Positions 28,893 to 37,886 of a DNA stretch of 64,000 bases are shown piece by piece. Numbering within the stretch: position 1 is the first letter of the stretch; each line of letters opens with the position of its first letter. The stretch comes from a virus (taxonomy: Duplodnaviria > Caudoviricetes): positions 1,400 to 65,399 of the IMG/VR virus record IMGVR_UViG_3300017992_000452; one strand, written 5' to 3'. Made by a program: the position numbers and the translations under genes. The notes under the pieces are model-generated. The model was not told where the DNA came from. It was given only the letters and a program-made list of their open reading frames with translations, and did not search any database.

Positions 28893-29810
28893 ATGACGAA
28901 AACTAACGAAGAAATCCACGTATTGGCTGACGAATCACTTGGCGGAATCAAACGGGAATATGTAGAGGTCGTCAGGGAGGCGAAGGTTGGCGAGAAGATC
29001 GTTATTGTCGATAGTGATGACTATCCGAAAGGGTTTATCGGTACAGTGGCCGAATTCGATGAGTACTTTGATGACGGATCGTTTGACATAAATGAACAAT
29101 ACGAAGGGGAGAGTTTTGTTGACGCAGAAACCGATGTATACCACGTCCTCGAACCGACCAACATCGTCCACATTGACGGAGATCGCTACGAAATGGTCGA
29201 TCGTGAAGCGGAAGTAGGCGAGAAGGTTATCGTAACTAAGAGCGATGATTTTCCGATAGGGTTTGTCGACTTCGTAAAAAAATTTGATGACTTTTTTGAC
29301 GACGGATCCTTCTTTTTGAATAAAGGCGTTCCTGGTGAGGATTTTTTAGACGTAGATGTTGATGACTATCGCGTCCTCGTCCCGGCCGAATCCTCCGAAG
29401 AAGAACCGCAGCCCTCCGACCCGATCGACGTTATCGCTAACCTGGCGACGCGTGTTGCGGAATTGGAACGCGAGAATAAACGTATCAAAGACGAAATCGA
29501 CACGCTGCACAAAGACAACCGGATGCTCGGCGAAGAAATGGAGGCGCTGAAATATGCCGCAAAGGAAACCGACGGAAAGGTGGCGCACCTCGAAGCCGAC
29601 TCAGATTTGCGCCTGTTTACCGCCGAAGAGGATTCTCCTATTGACGCGCCTCTAGTATTTATTTGTCGGAAACCAGGAAGATTCGAAGTTTATCAGGATG
29701 GCAAGAGGCTGCGCGGAGTTATGTCGGTTTGCATCAACGCTAAGGTGGGCGAGTTTGCTACGCATGAGATCGAATATATCTCCGGAGCAACCGAGGAGAA
29801 ACGCCGATGA
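28893..29810 (+). CDS. Acidic protein with internally duplicated SH3-like domain and coiled coil
   Basis: REAKVGEK/REAEVGEK and FDDGSF each present twice. Confidence 0.7.
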   Translation: MTKTNEEIHVLADESLGGIKREYVEVVREAKVGEKIVIVDSDDYPKGFIGTVAEFDEYFDDGSFDINEQYEGESFVDAETDVYHVLEPTNIVHIDGDRYEMVDREAEVGEKVIVTKSDDFPIGFVDFVKKFDDFFDDGSFFLNKGVPGEDFLDVDVDDYRVLVPAESSEEEPQPSDPIDVIANLATRVAELERENKRIKDEIDTLHKDNRMLGEEMEALKYAAKETDGKVAHLEADSDLRLFTAEEDSPIDAPLVFICRKPGRFEVYQDGKRLRGVMSVCINAKVGEFATHEIEYISGATEEKRR

Positions 29811-30367
29811 AGATCGCCCTCACCGCACCACTTCGCGCAGGCAAGTCGCTGGCCGCATCGTACATTTCGCTCCACTACGATTTTCAGCCGTTCGCATTCG
29901 GCGACGAACTGAAGGACGCATTCCACCGCGCATTTCCGCACGTTACGAGAAATCCGAAGCCGCGCGCTCATTATCAAAAGTTCGGGCAGTGGGCGCGGGA
30001 AGCCTTCGGAGAGGACGTATGGATCGACGCTCTCATGCCGAAAATAGCCGCCTATCTCGAACGCCACCCTTGCGATTGCGGCAATACTGCGCTAAAGAAT
30101 CGCGTGATCGTCGATGACTGTCGGCAGCCTAACGAATACAGGCGGCTGAAGGACGAAGGATTCGTATTTGTCCGCATAACAGCACCGACCGATCTCCGTA
30201 TTGAACGCGCTAAAAAAGCCGGCGATCAATTCGATCTTGCCGACTTGGAGCATCCGACTGAGCTTGCCGTTGATCATTTCGAAGTTGATTACGAAATTGA
30301 GAACGCAGGCAAGCCGGAAGAGTTATACGAGAAACTGGACGCGATTATGGCGGAACTACTCGTCTAG
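29807..30367 (+). CDS. dNMP kinase-like P-loop protein
   Basis: APLRAGKS, FGDELK, DVWI, DDCRQPNE. Confidence 0.75.
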   Translation: MKIALTAPLRAGKSLAASYISLHYDFQPFAFGDELKDAFHRAFPHVTRNPKPRAHYQKFGQWAREAFGEDVWIDALMPKIAAYLERHPCDCGNTALKNRVIVDDCRQPNEYRRLKDEGFVFVRITAPTDLRIERAKKAGDQFDLADLEHPTELAVDHFEVDYEIENAGKPEELYEKLDAIMAELLV

Positions 30368-30742
30368 CTGAAACGCGTATGTGCCTTTCGGATAGGCCAG
30401 GTACGGCTGTTTAGACGCTTCACCATCGCCGATCAAGTAATAGCGTTGCGGAAGCTTATCGACGTCAATTCCGACCCTACGTAAAAACGGCCAAGCCGAT
30501 ACATTACCGCGCTTATCGAACTTGAACGGTACGACATCGGGCTGTTTCACGAGTTCGGGCTTGCCGACAACAATCCGCTTTTCAGCCGCGTCATATGCGA
30601 CGGATAAATAAAACGGTGCGTCTTTCGGCAATCCGATCATACGGCGCGCACCTGCCGAGATAAATAAGCGTCGTTGCTTTTCGATTGTTATATACGCTTT
30701 GGTGTTGCGCTCAAAGTCGTTAGATATCCACGTAAGAGCCAT
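30356..30742 (-). CDS. Hypothetical protein, opposite strand
   Basis: AAGGAGA RBS; ORF convergent with the kinase gene. Confidence 0.65.
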   Translation of the reverse strand: MALTWISNDFERNTKAYITIEKQRRLFISAGARRMIGLPKDAPFYLSVAYDAAEKRIVVGKPELVKQPDVVPFKFDKRGNVSAWPFLRRVGIDVDKLPQRYYLIGDGEASKQPYLAYPKGTYAFQLDE

Positions 30743-30852
30743 ATCGAATCTCCTTACGAAAGTATTTACGTTTAGTATAGACGGATTAGTTACCGATAGT
30801 CAACAGAGATGTACGAATTGTTAACGAAGTTATTAACGAAGGAGGAAACTGA

Positions 30853-32127
30853 ATGGGGAAAGCCGCTCGCAAACGTTGGGAAGGTAACGTTAAATCAATG
30901 GAAATCATCGCAAAGGAACGCGACCAAATAACCGAAGAAGATCTCGAATTCTTACGACAAAACTATACGTCTGCTGGCGGACTGTTACCGAACGCATTCT
31001 CAGGCGGCGCATTCTTCACACCAACCCACGTCGCTAAATTCATATGGGACGTACTGAAGCCGCGCTTACCTGAGAATCCGAAAGTCCTCGAACCTTCCGT
31101 CGGCGCCGGTGTCTTTCTCGAACACGCTCCGGACGGAGCCGATCTGACTGCGTTAGAACTCGATAAGACAAGCGCAAAGGTAACGTCGTTGCTTTATCCA
31201 GACGCTGAAATTATTGAAGGGAATGCGCTTGTTCATGATCGCCGGGACTATTACGACTTAGTTGTCGGAAATCCTCCGTATGGCGTCACTGTTAAATTCG
31301 AACCGCAAGAGGGCGAAGAGTGGCGGTCAGTTACAAAAAAGAAGAGCGAATACGGCGGAAAGTCAGAGGTTGCGTTTATTGAACTTGCAATCAAGGCGGC
31401 AAAGCCTGGCGGATATATTGCGTTTGTCCTTCCGTTAGGACTATCTTACGGTAACTACGCGGCCAAGATTCGGAAGTTGATGCACGAAACGTGCTGGCAA
31501 GTTGCGACGATTATGTTGCCGAGAGAGACGTTCCAGCACGTAGGAACAACGGTTCCAACACAGATTTTGATTTTACGGAAGGCGCCACCTGGTACGCAAT
31601 TAATATCGCCCGCGACTATAAAATGGGAATCGAATTTTAGAAGAGGTGGAGACAAAGACATAACGGAATACGACGCAAAGTTTCTCGAAGGCCAGCCGCC
31701 AGCCTATTTCGCTCAAGTAACAGATATCGGATGGGACGCGAAAGGTGAGTCGACGGATAAATGGGGCGATGGTCTAACACAACTTGACGAACTTCTTAAC
31801 GATTTTACTGACGACAACCTAATGCGCGAAAATCTATATCCGCACCTTCCAAGCTGGCACGGAATCGAGAAAGGTAACGACGCGTTTTTCTTCTCTCATG
31901 GTAATGGTATCTGCGACGGCCACAGAGACGCGGAAAGAACGTTCTCAGACGGGCCTTACCGATGGAATGAATTAACGCTAGGGGCAGGAGATGAGATCGA
32001 ATGGAATGGCCGTATGGTGAGCTCGTTTGATTTCGATTGGCAGGACGAAATTGTCCGCAACTATTTCGATAGACTGCGCGATTCCTACGGTGAACGACAT
32101 AACTCAGCGAAATTGGAGGCGGTTTAA
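30853..32127 (+). CDS. Orphan N6-adenine DNA methyltransferase
   Basis: FFTP, LEPSVGAGVF, GNPPY. Confidence 0.88.
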   Translation: MGKAARKRWEGNVKSMEIIAKERDQITEEDLEFLRQNYTSAGGLLPNAFSGGAFFTPTHVAKFIWDVLKPRLPENPKVLEPSVGAGVFLEHAPDGADLTALELDKTSAKVTSLLYPDAEIIEGNALVHDRRDYYDLVVGNPPYGVTVKFEPQEGEEWRSVTKKKSEYGGKSEVAFIELAIKAAKPGGYIAFVLPLGLSYGNYAAKIRKLMHETCWQVATIMLPRETFQHVGTTVPTQILILRKAPPGTQLISPATIKWESNFRRGGDKDITEYDAKFLEGQPPAYFAQVTDIGWDAKGESTDKWGDGLTQLDELLNDFTDDNLMRENLYPHLPSWHGIEKGNDAFFFSHGNGICDGHRDAERTFSDGPYRWNELTLGAGDEIEWNGRMVSSFDFDWQDEIVRNYFDRLRDSYGERHNSAKLEAV

Positions 32128-32516
32128 TGGGATCAGTCAAAGTCGATCTACACCGAAAGGATCGCGAATTTGAGGCGGCTTATGCGCTAGACAATGCGGA
32201 GGGCGTCAAAACGTTGCTCTCCGATTATCCGAAGTTCGTCAGCCGCAAACGACTCGGAGAATACGAAGCTGCCGAAGTGCTGCTCGATCTGCACAACGCG
32301 ATTGAGCTTGCGGATCTGACCGATAGGCAGCGTGAGGCCATTCGGCTTGTATACTTCGAAGACATGACACAAGTCGAGGCGGGGAAACGGATGGGAGTCG
32401 GCAAGGATTCCGTTAATCATCTGATAAATCGAGCGGCTGATTCAATCGCCGATATTTACTACTATTGGGCGAGTCATGGCGAAGGGTACACGATGGGAGG
32501 ACGAATTAATGGATAA
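32127..32516 (+). CDS. Sigma-70 region 4-type HTH protein, putative late regulator
   Basis: LTDRQREAIRLVYFEDMTQVEAGKRMGV. Confidence 0.75.
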   Translation: MGSVKVDLHRKDREFEAAYALDNAEGVKTLLSDYPKFVSRKRLGEYEAAEVLLDLHNAIELADLTDRQREAIRLVYFEDMTQVEAGKRMGVGKDSVNHLINRAADSIADIYYYWASHGEGYTMGGRING

Positions 32517-32997
32517 AGCGCTCCTGCACGAAATGATTACCGAATTACAACAACGAACGAAAGCCGGAGAGCTTGACCGGATCCAACGTATTGAGGAAAT
32601 TACCGCGCTGGCTGACGCTTATTTTGATTCAGCCGGAGAGCACCCGGATTCTATCGCGCTTGAACGTATGGCGAATCTCGTAATCTACGAAGAGCTAACG
32701 AACCCACACCCGGATAAAATGGCTCGCGAAGAGTACCCGATCATGAGTGAAACGCAGCGAGAGGAGCGTAACAAGTCGGAGGCATCAGAAAAGCTCGCAG
32801 AAGAGTACGGGGCAGATGGCCGAAACTATAAAGTTCCCACGCGAAGAAAACGATCTTCATACGAGGAAAAGTTCGTTGATAGGGTGGCCAGGGCGCGAAA
32901 TAAAGAACGAAGAAGCCGATATAACGATTTCGTAAAGGGAAGATCCTCGGGACAGTTCACGATCAATATCGAGACCGGCGAAAAAAATTCTCACTAA
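32509..32997 (+). CDS. Hypothetical protein coupled to the sigma-r4 gene
   Basis: GGGAGG RBS; overlapping start. Confidence 0.7.
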   Translation: MDKALLHEMITELQQRTKAGELDRIQRIEEITALADAYFDSAGEHPDSIALERMANLVIYEELTNPHPDKMAREEYPIMSETQREERNKSEASEKLAEEYGADGRNYKVPTRRKRSSYEEKFVDRVARARNKERRSRYNDFVKGRSSGQFTINIETGEKNSH

Positions 32998-33006
32998 ACC
33001 CGACAT

Positions 33007-33038
33007 TTTTACCTGTTTAGCTGTCTATACGTTATGAG
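33007..33038 (+). promoter_or_regulatory. Putative phage-specific promoter motif, copy 1
   Basis: TTTTACCTGTTTAGCTGTCTATACGTTATGAG; near-identical copy at 39369-39400. Confidence 0.55.
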
Positions 33039-33085
33039 GGCGCCCTACACGCGCTCTTTTATTTTGCGAAAAAGGAGACGATATT

Positions 33086-33886
33086 TTGAAAAGATTACTA
33101 GTAGTAAACGCAGAAACAGGCGAAGATCTATCGACAGACTATACGCTCAGACACCGGAACCAGGACGAAGCTTTCCGGGAGCAGCAAAAGCAGACGACGG
33201 ACAGGCGCGACTTTTCCAACGCGAATATGTCTAATATTCACGAAGTCTATGACGCTCTCACAACGGCACAATGCGGCTATTTAATGCTGCTACAATGCTA
33301 TGTTGACTACAACGGTGTTCTCGTTAAATCTAGCCGTAATAAAACTCCGATGACTACAGCGGATATGATGTCCGTTCTACAGCTCGCGAAAAAGCCGCGA
33401 ACGTTCTACGATTTCCTGAGCGCCTGTACTGCACACGACATTATCCGGGAAGAAGACGGCGCCTATTCGGTGAACGAACGCTATCATTTCAAGGGCAATT
33501 TCGGCAGCCAGTACGTTGTCAAATTATATACCGCGAAGATCAAGAAGGTATACAGCGAAGTGAAGGCGACAGACATCGGACTGATCTACCGCATGCTGCC
33601 GTTCGTTCACTACGAAACAAACGCTCTTTGCGAGAATCCTTTCGAAAAGAATCCGAAGTATATACGGTGGTTCAATAAGAAAGAGCTTGCGGCAGCGATC
33701 GGAGTAACGACGGACACGCTCGGCCGACGCCTGAAGCAAATGAAATTCGACGGTGAATTCGTTGTCGCGCGAATAAAGGTCGGTGGCGAGCCGGAGCGAT
33801 ATACGTTCAATCCTAACGTGTTTTATCGGCAGTCCAAGACGCCAGACAAGACGCTGCTTGCGATGTTTAACGTTAAGAAGCCGTAG
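33086..33886 (+). CDS. RepL-like/winged-HTH replication or maintenance protein
   Basis: Two HTH-like halves ending YSVNERY and YTFNPNVF. Confidence 0.55.
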   Translation: MKRLLVVNAETGEDLSTDYTLRHRNQDEAFREQQKQTTDRRDFSNANMSNIHEVYDALTTAQCGYLMLLQCYVDYNGVLVKSSRNKTPMTTADMMSVLQLAKKPRTFYDFLSACTAHDIIREEDGAYSVNERYHFKGNFGSQYVVKLYTAKIKKVYSEVKATDIGLIYRMLPFVHYETNALCENPFEKNPKYIRWFNKKELAAAIGVTTDTLGRRLKQMKFDGEFVVARIKVGGEPERYTFNPNVFYRQSKTPDKTLLAMFNVKKP

Positions 33887-33898
33887 ATGAACGAAAAG

Positions 33899-33925
33899 AG
33901 GGCGCCAATTATGGCGCCTTTATTA
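33899..33925 (+). terminator. Terminator-like hairpin
   Basis: GGGCGCCA-ATTA-TGGCGCCT then TT. Confidence 0.6.
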
Positions 33926-34122
33926 GTTTTCAATTCCTATTGTTACCTGCGTGTGTAAAAAGTAAAAGTAATGACCAGAATAAATTCTGCCTAGTCGTGA
34001 AAATGAACCATTTAACAATTATATATTAATAGCAAAAAATATAAAATAAGGGAAATAATGTTGAAAATCATCGTATTCTAGTTTAGAATAAAGTTACAAA
34101 TAATAGAAAGGGGACTTTTGTT

Positions 34123-34659
34123 TTGAGTAAGAGAGTAGTGAGCATTGTCGCGACCGTTTTAAGTTTTGTGTTGTTTTTAGCTTTTACAATGCCGTCAGTT
34201 AGCTATGCTTTTGCTTCAAGTAAGGGGACGTTAAGTGTTGAAAAGGATAAGTACATATCTATTTTAGACGCTTTGGAGAACTCTATTGTGAAAAAGGGTT
34301 CTGGTTATGAAGTCGACACTAAAGTAGCTCAAGACTTCGGTCTAAATGCTATTGAAATTACTAATTTAAAAGAATTTGTAAAAAGTAGTTCAAGCCAACA
34401 AATTGAAAAGACGTTAAAAGAAGTGCCTCAAGCTAAGGAGCAAGCGAAAAAAGAAAAAACTACAACTTTCGAGATTGCCGGTTTTAAGGAAAAATTGACT
34501 GCTGCTATGTACGCGGTATTTGTCACACTTTGCGGAGTAACTTTAGCTCAACAATTTATTTCTGATATGTATGAATATGGCGCGTATAAAGCATGCCACG
34601 CCCTCGGTAAAAAACATAAAAGCATAAAAGAAGCATGTAAAATAACAGGGCATTGGTAA
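34123..34659 (+). CDS. Secreted pre-pro-protein, putative antimicrobial peptide precursor
   Basis: Sec signal, charged pro-region, hydrophobic then cationic C-terminus with 3 Cys; AT-rich. Confidence 0.55.
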   Translation: MSKRVVSIVATVLSFVLFLAFTMPSVSYAFASSKGTLSVEKDKYISILDALENSIVKKGSGYEVDTKVAQDFGLNAIEITNLKEFVKSSSSQQIEKTLKEVPQAKEQAKKEKTTTFEIAGFKEKLTAAMYAVFVTLCGVTLAQQFISDMYEYGAYKACHALGKKHKSIKEACKITGHW

Positions 34660-34701
34660 AAAAAAAAATAAGAGGGCAGTTTTACCGCCCTCTTATTTTT
34701 T
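34660..34701. terminator. Bidirectional intrinsic terminator
   Basis: A-tract, TAAGAGGGC/GCCCTCTTA stem, T-tract. Confidence 0.85.
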
Positions 34702-34815
34702 GATAAGCTCTAGCTCTTGAAGACTTTTAAAAAGTTTTTTCAAACCGTAAACCGTAATTAAGCCGGACAAAGTTAACCCACCAATAAAATACAGAGATAA
34801 GTATAATGCACCCAT
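34693..34815 (-). CDS. 40-aa membrane peptide, candidate immunity protein (not in ORF track)
   Basis: AAAGGA RBS; extended -10 TGCTATAAT; MGALYLSLYFIGGLTLSGLITVYGLKKLFKSLQELELIKK. Confidence 0.6.
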   Translation of the reverse strand: MGALYLSLYFIGGLTLSGLITVYGLKKLFKSLQELELIKK

Positions 34816-34911
34816 TGTGACTATCCTTTCTTGCTTGAATTTTATTTAGTTGTTAACTTATTATAGCATATAATCCAAACTATTTCCAATACAGGAAAAG
34901 GTCCCGTTACG

Positions 34912-35085
34912 TCATATACTCTTCTTCATACCGCATCTGCGGCACTCACGTAGGAAAACGCCGTCCTTCACCGAACTTTTAAACAGCGTATAATCGCAGT
35001 TATCGCAGCGCCCGTAATGAACGTCCGGGTACTCCTTATAATCGTATACAATCGTCGTATCATAGCCTTTTGTTTCGTAATCCAT
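34912..35085 (-). CDS. Small zinc-ribbon protein
   Basis: GGAGG RBS; CDNC...CRRC. Confidence 0.7.
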   Translation of the reverse strand: MDYETKGYDTTIVYDYKEYPDVHYGRCDNCDYTLFKSSVKDGVFLRECRRCGMKKSI

Positions 35086-35131
35086 TCGTCTCAACCTCCG
35101 ACTATTAGAATACGACAATAGTGTGATCAAT

Positions 35132-35941
35132 TCAACGCCATTCATGGAACGACGGGATCCGCAGCAAGCAGTTTTTCGTCTTGAACCGGTGCTTTACGCG
35201 GCACCCAATCGGCTCGATATAGACATACTTCTCCGTTTCCTCCACGATTACCCTATTCGCATGTAGCTTCCGCCGCTCACCATACGGCATAAATTCCATC
35301 ACGCCGGCATACTGGCCGTCCATGTATGAAAGCAACAGCGCATTATCTTCCTTACGCAGTCCCGTAATCAAAACGTCAGTATATTCGTAGTTAACGATCT
35401 TCAGCCAGCGATCTGATCGCTTATTTTCTGCATATGGAGCGTCTGCCCGCTTCATAACGATGCCCTCGATCTTATTTTCGCGGACTAATTCGAAATAATC
35501 CGCAGCATGGCCACGAACACCTTCGACTATTTTAACGTTAGGATGATCGATTTTTAGACCGGCCAGCAATTCTTTTCGTTCCTGTAGCGGCTTAGACGTA
35601 ATTGAAACGCCTTCTATCCGCAGGACATCGAACACGCAAAATACTATTGGATGATAACTTTTTCGCGACTGGAATCGTTCCATGACGGCCTCGAAATCGC
35701 CGGCGCCTGTCGGACCAGGTACGATAAGCTCGCCGTCTAATATGGTGCCGTCCGGTATGTCGAGCGTTAATAGTTCCGGAAATTTAGCGGTGACTTCGTT
35801 GTTGTGGCGTGTGTAGAGGCGGATTAAGCCGTTATTGCTTGACGCGATCAGACGGATGCCGTCGAATTTGGTTTCCGTGATATAGTCGTCAGAGTTAAAC
35901 GGCTCCTTTGCGGATTCAAGCAGCATGGGCGAAATAAACAA
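35132..35941 (-). CDS. ATP-dependent DNA ligase
   Basis: ETKFDGIR, LDGEL, VFDVL, EGIVMK, WLKI. Confidence 0.92.
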   Translation of the reverse strand: MFISPMLLESAKEPFNSDDYITETKFDGIRLIASSNNGLIRLYTRHNNEVTAKFPELLTLDIPDGTILDGELIVPGPTGAGDFEAVMERFQSRKSYHPIVFCVFDVLRIEGVSITSKPLQERKELLAGLKIDHPNVKIVEGVRGHAADYFELVRENKIEGIVMKRADAPYAENKRSDRWLKIVNYEYTDVLITGLRKEDNALLLSYMDGQYAGVMEFMPYGERRKLHANRVIVEETEKYVYIEPIGCRVKHRFKTKNCLLRIPSFHEWR

Positions 35942-36179
35942 AAAGAATCACCTCGTTTCAGCGTAGTTACTATAATGATATAGTAAGAGTCCGCCGAGAC
36001 AAAGCGATTCGGTTTCGGTAAATTATTCCGTCATTTAAATAGTTTGCGCAGAGCTTTTTCCGGCCTGCTTCCCGGCTGCCTTTCGAACGATTTTCCCACG
36101 AAATTAAAGCGCGGGAGCCGCCGGAATGTATTGCGGGTATCTTAGGTATCGGCGGCTGCTTAACGCCTGATTTCGTGTG

Positions 36180-36518
36180 TTAATCGATAACCTTAATCGT
36201 CTTAAATCCGCTGCCATTTTCGTACTGATCCTTCGTAAAAGTCACGCTAATCCGATCGCCTGGCTTTGCGTCCGTGGCTGCCGGATCGAAAGCGAAGCCG
36301 CCATCGTCCGCTGATACCGCGTAGTCTTTACCTTCGACAATGTATTCGCGCTCGATCGTTTCCTGGGCGTCCTTAGCTTCGGCGGCCATGTCGTCAGCCA
36401 CGCGATAAGCAATATCGACATCTTCGTTTAGTTTGGCGGCGTAGATTCCGAGAGCCGCGTTGCCTGCGATTGATAGGCCGAGGATGGCCGTTAAAAGTTT
36501 CGTTTTATTCATCGTCAT
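36180..36518 (-). CDS. Membrane-anchored hypothetical protein
   Basis: N-terminal TM; GGAGG RBS. Confidence 0.65.
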   Translation of the reverse strand: MTMNKTKLLTAILGLSIAGNAALGIYAAKLNEDVDIAYRVADDMAAEAKDAQETIEREYIVEGKDYAVSADDGGFAFDPAATDAKPGDRISVTFTKDQYENGSGFKTIKVID

Positions 36519-36705
36519 TACCTCCGGATTTGTTTTCGATTGAGTATCCCATGCAACTTAAAGCCGTTTCAAAGCCGATCCGGTACGCTCGACCGTTGTC
36601 CTCAAACGATACGAAAGGATATTGGTAAAGTTCGAGGAGGGCTTTGATTTGATGATCCGCTAATGGCGGTGTGTGCGACCACAAACGTTTTATATAAAGC
36701 GTCAT
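36505..36705 (-). CDS. Hypothetical protein
   Basis: GAGGAGG RBS; coupled. Confidence 0.65.
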   Translation of the reverse strand: MTLYIKRLWSHTPPLADHQIKALLELYQYPFVSFEDNGRAYRIGFETALSCMGYSIENKSGGNDDE

Positions 36706-36866
36706 TTCTGATTCCTCCTCGATCTAAAGAATAGAAGCGCGATAAAAACAATAGCTGAGCCGAGGCCGACGTAGTCCAGGACGGAAAGCCGGCCGAAGTT
36801 CATATCCGCAATCCAGGCGAGCAAGACGACGATTAACAAAATTTCCGTAGTATTAATTCGTTTCAT
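36702..36866 (-). CDS. 54-aa two-TM peptide (not in ORF track)
   Basis: MKRINTTEILLIVVLLAWIADMNFGRLSVLDYVGLGSAIVFIALLFFRSRRNQK; weak RBS. Confidence 0.55.
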   Translation of the reverse strand: MKRINTTEILLIVVLLAWIADMNFGRLSVLDYVGLGSAIVFIALLFFRSRRNQK

Positions 36867-36910
36867 TCGTGTTATAATTGATTGACAAGGGGCGCAATGC
36901 CCCTCGTAGC

Positions 36911-37057
36911 TTATGTTCGACGACGGTACTTCTTGGTCGGAGGCCGTCGCTCTTTACTTTCGGATTCCTTTCGCATCTTCCGGAGTTCAAGTCCTAGTTT
37001 GATAATTCCGAGCCAAGTTGCGATGATTGCCGAAAGCTTCATTACGGCGTCAATCAA
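36911..37057 (-). CDS. 48-aa TM plus basic-tail peptide, type I toxin-like (not in ORF track)
   Basis: AAAGGAGGTG RBS, TTG start, MIDAVMKLSAIIATWLGIIKLGLELRK...KKYRRRT. Confidence 0.6.
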   Translation of the reverse strand: MIDAVMKLSAIIATWLGIIKLGLELRKMRKESESKERRPPTKKYRRRT

Positions 37058-37087
37058 TTACGTTCACCTCCTTTCGTTACTTTAATT

Positions 37088-37121
37088 ATAACGCATAACC
37101 GTTATAACGTCAATGCGTTAT
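37088..37121. promoter_or_regulatory. Nested palindromic operator between divergent genes
   Basis: ATAACGCAT-AAC-CGTTATAACG-TCA-ATGCGTTAT. Confidence 0.65.
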
Positions 37122-37171
37122 TTACAAAAATATCGTTTTTACGTTATAATAATCGCAGGAGGTGCCGGCAA

Positions 37172-37390
37172 ATGATCGTTAAATTAAAGATAGCCGAGCT
37201 ACTTGATCGGAAAGATATGACGCAGAAGGAACTCGCTGACTTAACCGGGATACGTCCGACTGCCATCAGCGAACTGTGTCGCGGGATTAAGGAACGGGTG
37301 CAGCTCGACCACCTCAGCCGGATTGCAACTGCGTTGAATATATCGGATATACGGGAGCTTATCGACCTAGACGAAGACGCTGACGAATGA
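37172..37390 (+). CDS. XRE-family HTH regulator
   Basis: MTQKELADLTGIRPTAISEL. Confidence 0.88.
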   Translation: MIVKLKIAELLDRKDMTQKELADLTGIRPTAISELCRGIKERVQLDHLSRIATALNISDIRELIDLDEDADE

Positions 37391-37520
37391 TTGGCGTCTA
37401 TTTCTTCGTGTTGATATCGTATATTTATGCGTTAATATGAATAATAATACGGAGGATGTGTCGGTGTAATGTCGGAAGATTATCGCTATATTCTCAATTA
37501 GAATAACGTAATTGATAATG

Positions 37521-37790
37521 AACACGATCTTATTCGCACAAATCGGCCAAAAACACGACTTTATTCGCACAACCGAAAATAGGGTTCTCGCTTACAGCCG
37601 CAAGGGATACAACGATTTTGAGTCTGTAATCACTTCTTAGTCTTCTGAATCCGAAGCCTAGCGGGGACTACGTTTCACTCCGTCCCGCAGAAACGCAATC
37701 ATGTATATTGTATAAATAATTGTATCGCGATAAAGGTCTTAATAATATCCGCGGACACGGAGGAGCGTAAGCGACGGAGTGGGCGCAAAG
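37521..37790. repeat. Second origin-like region with two 21-bp direct repeats
   Basis: AACACGA(TC/CT)TTATTCGCACAA at 37521 and 37552; downstream motifs shared with 951-993. Confidence 0.5.
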
Positions 37791-37886
37791 GTTTAGGAAT
37801 AATAGTAACTACTTCCTTTTTTGTATAATTTAAAATACTATATAGAGAGAGAAGGTATAAGTTTAAATAGTGAAAGGGGTGTTCGT

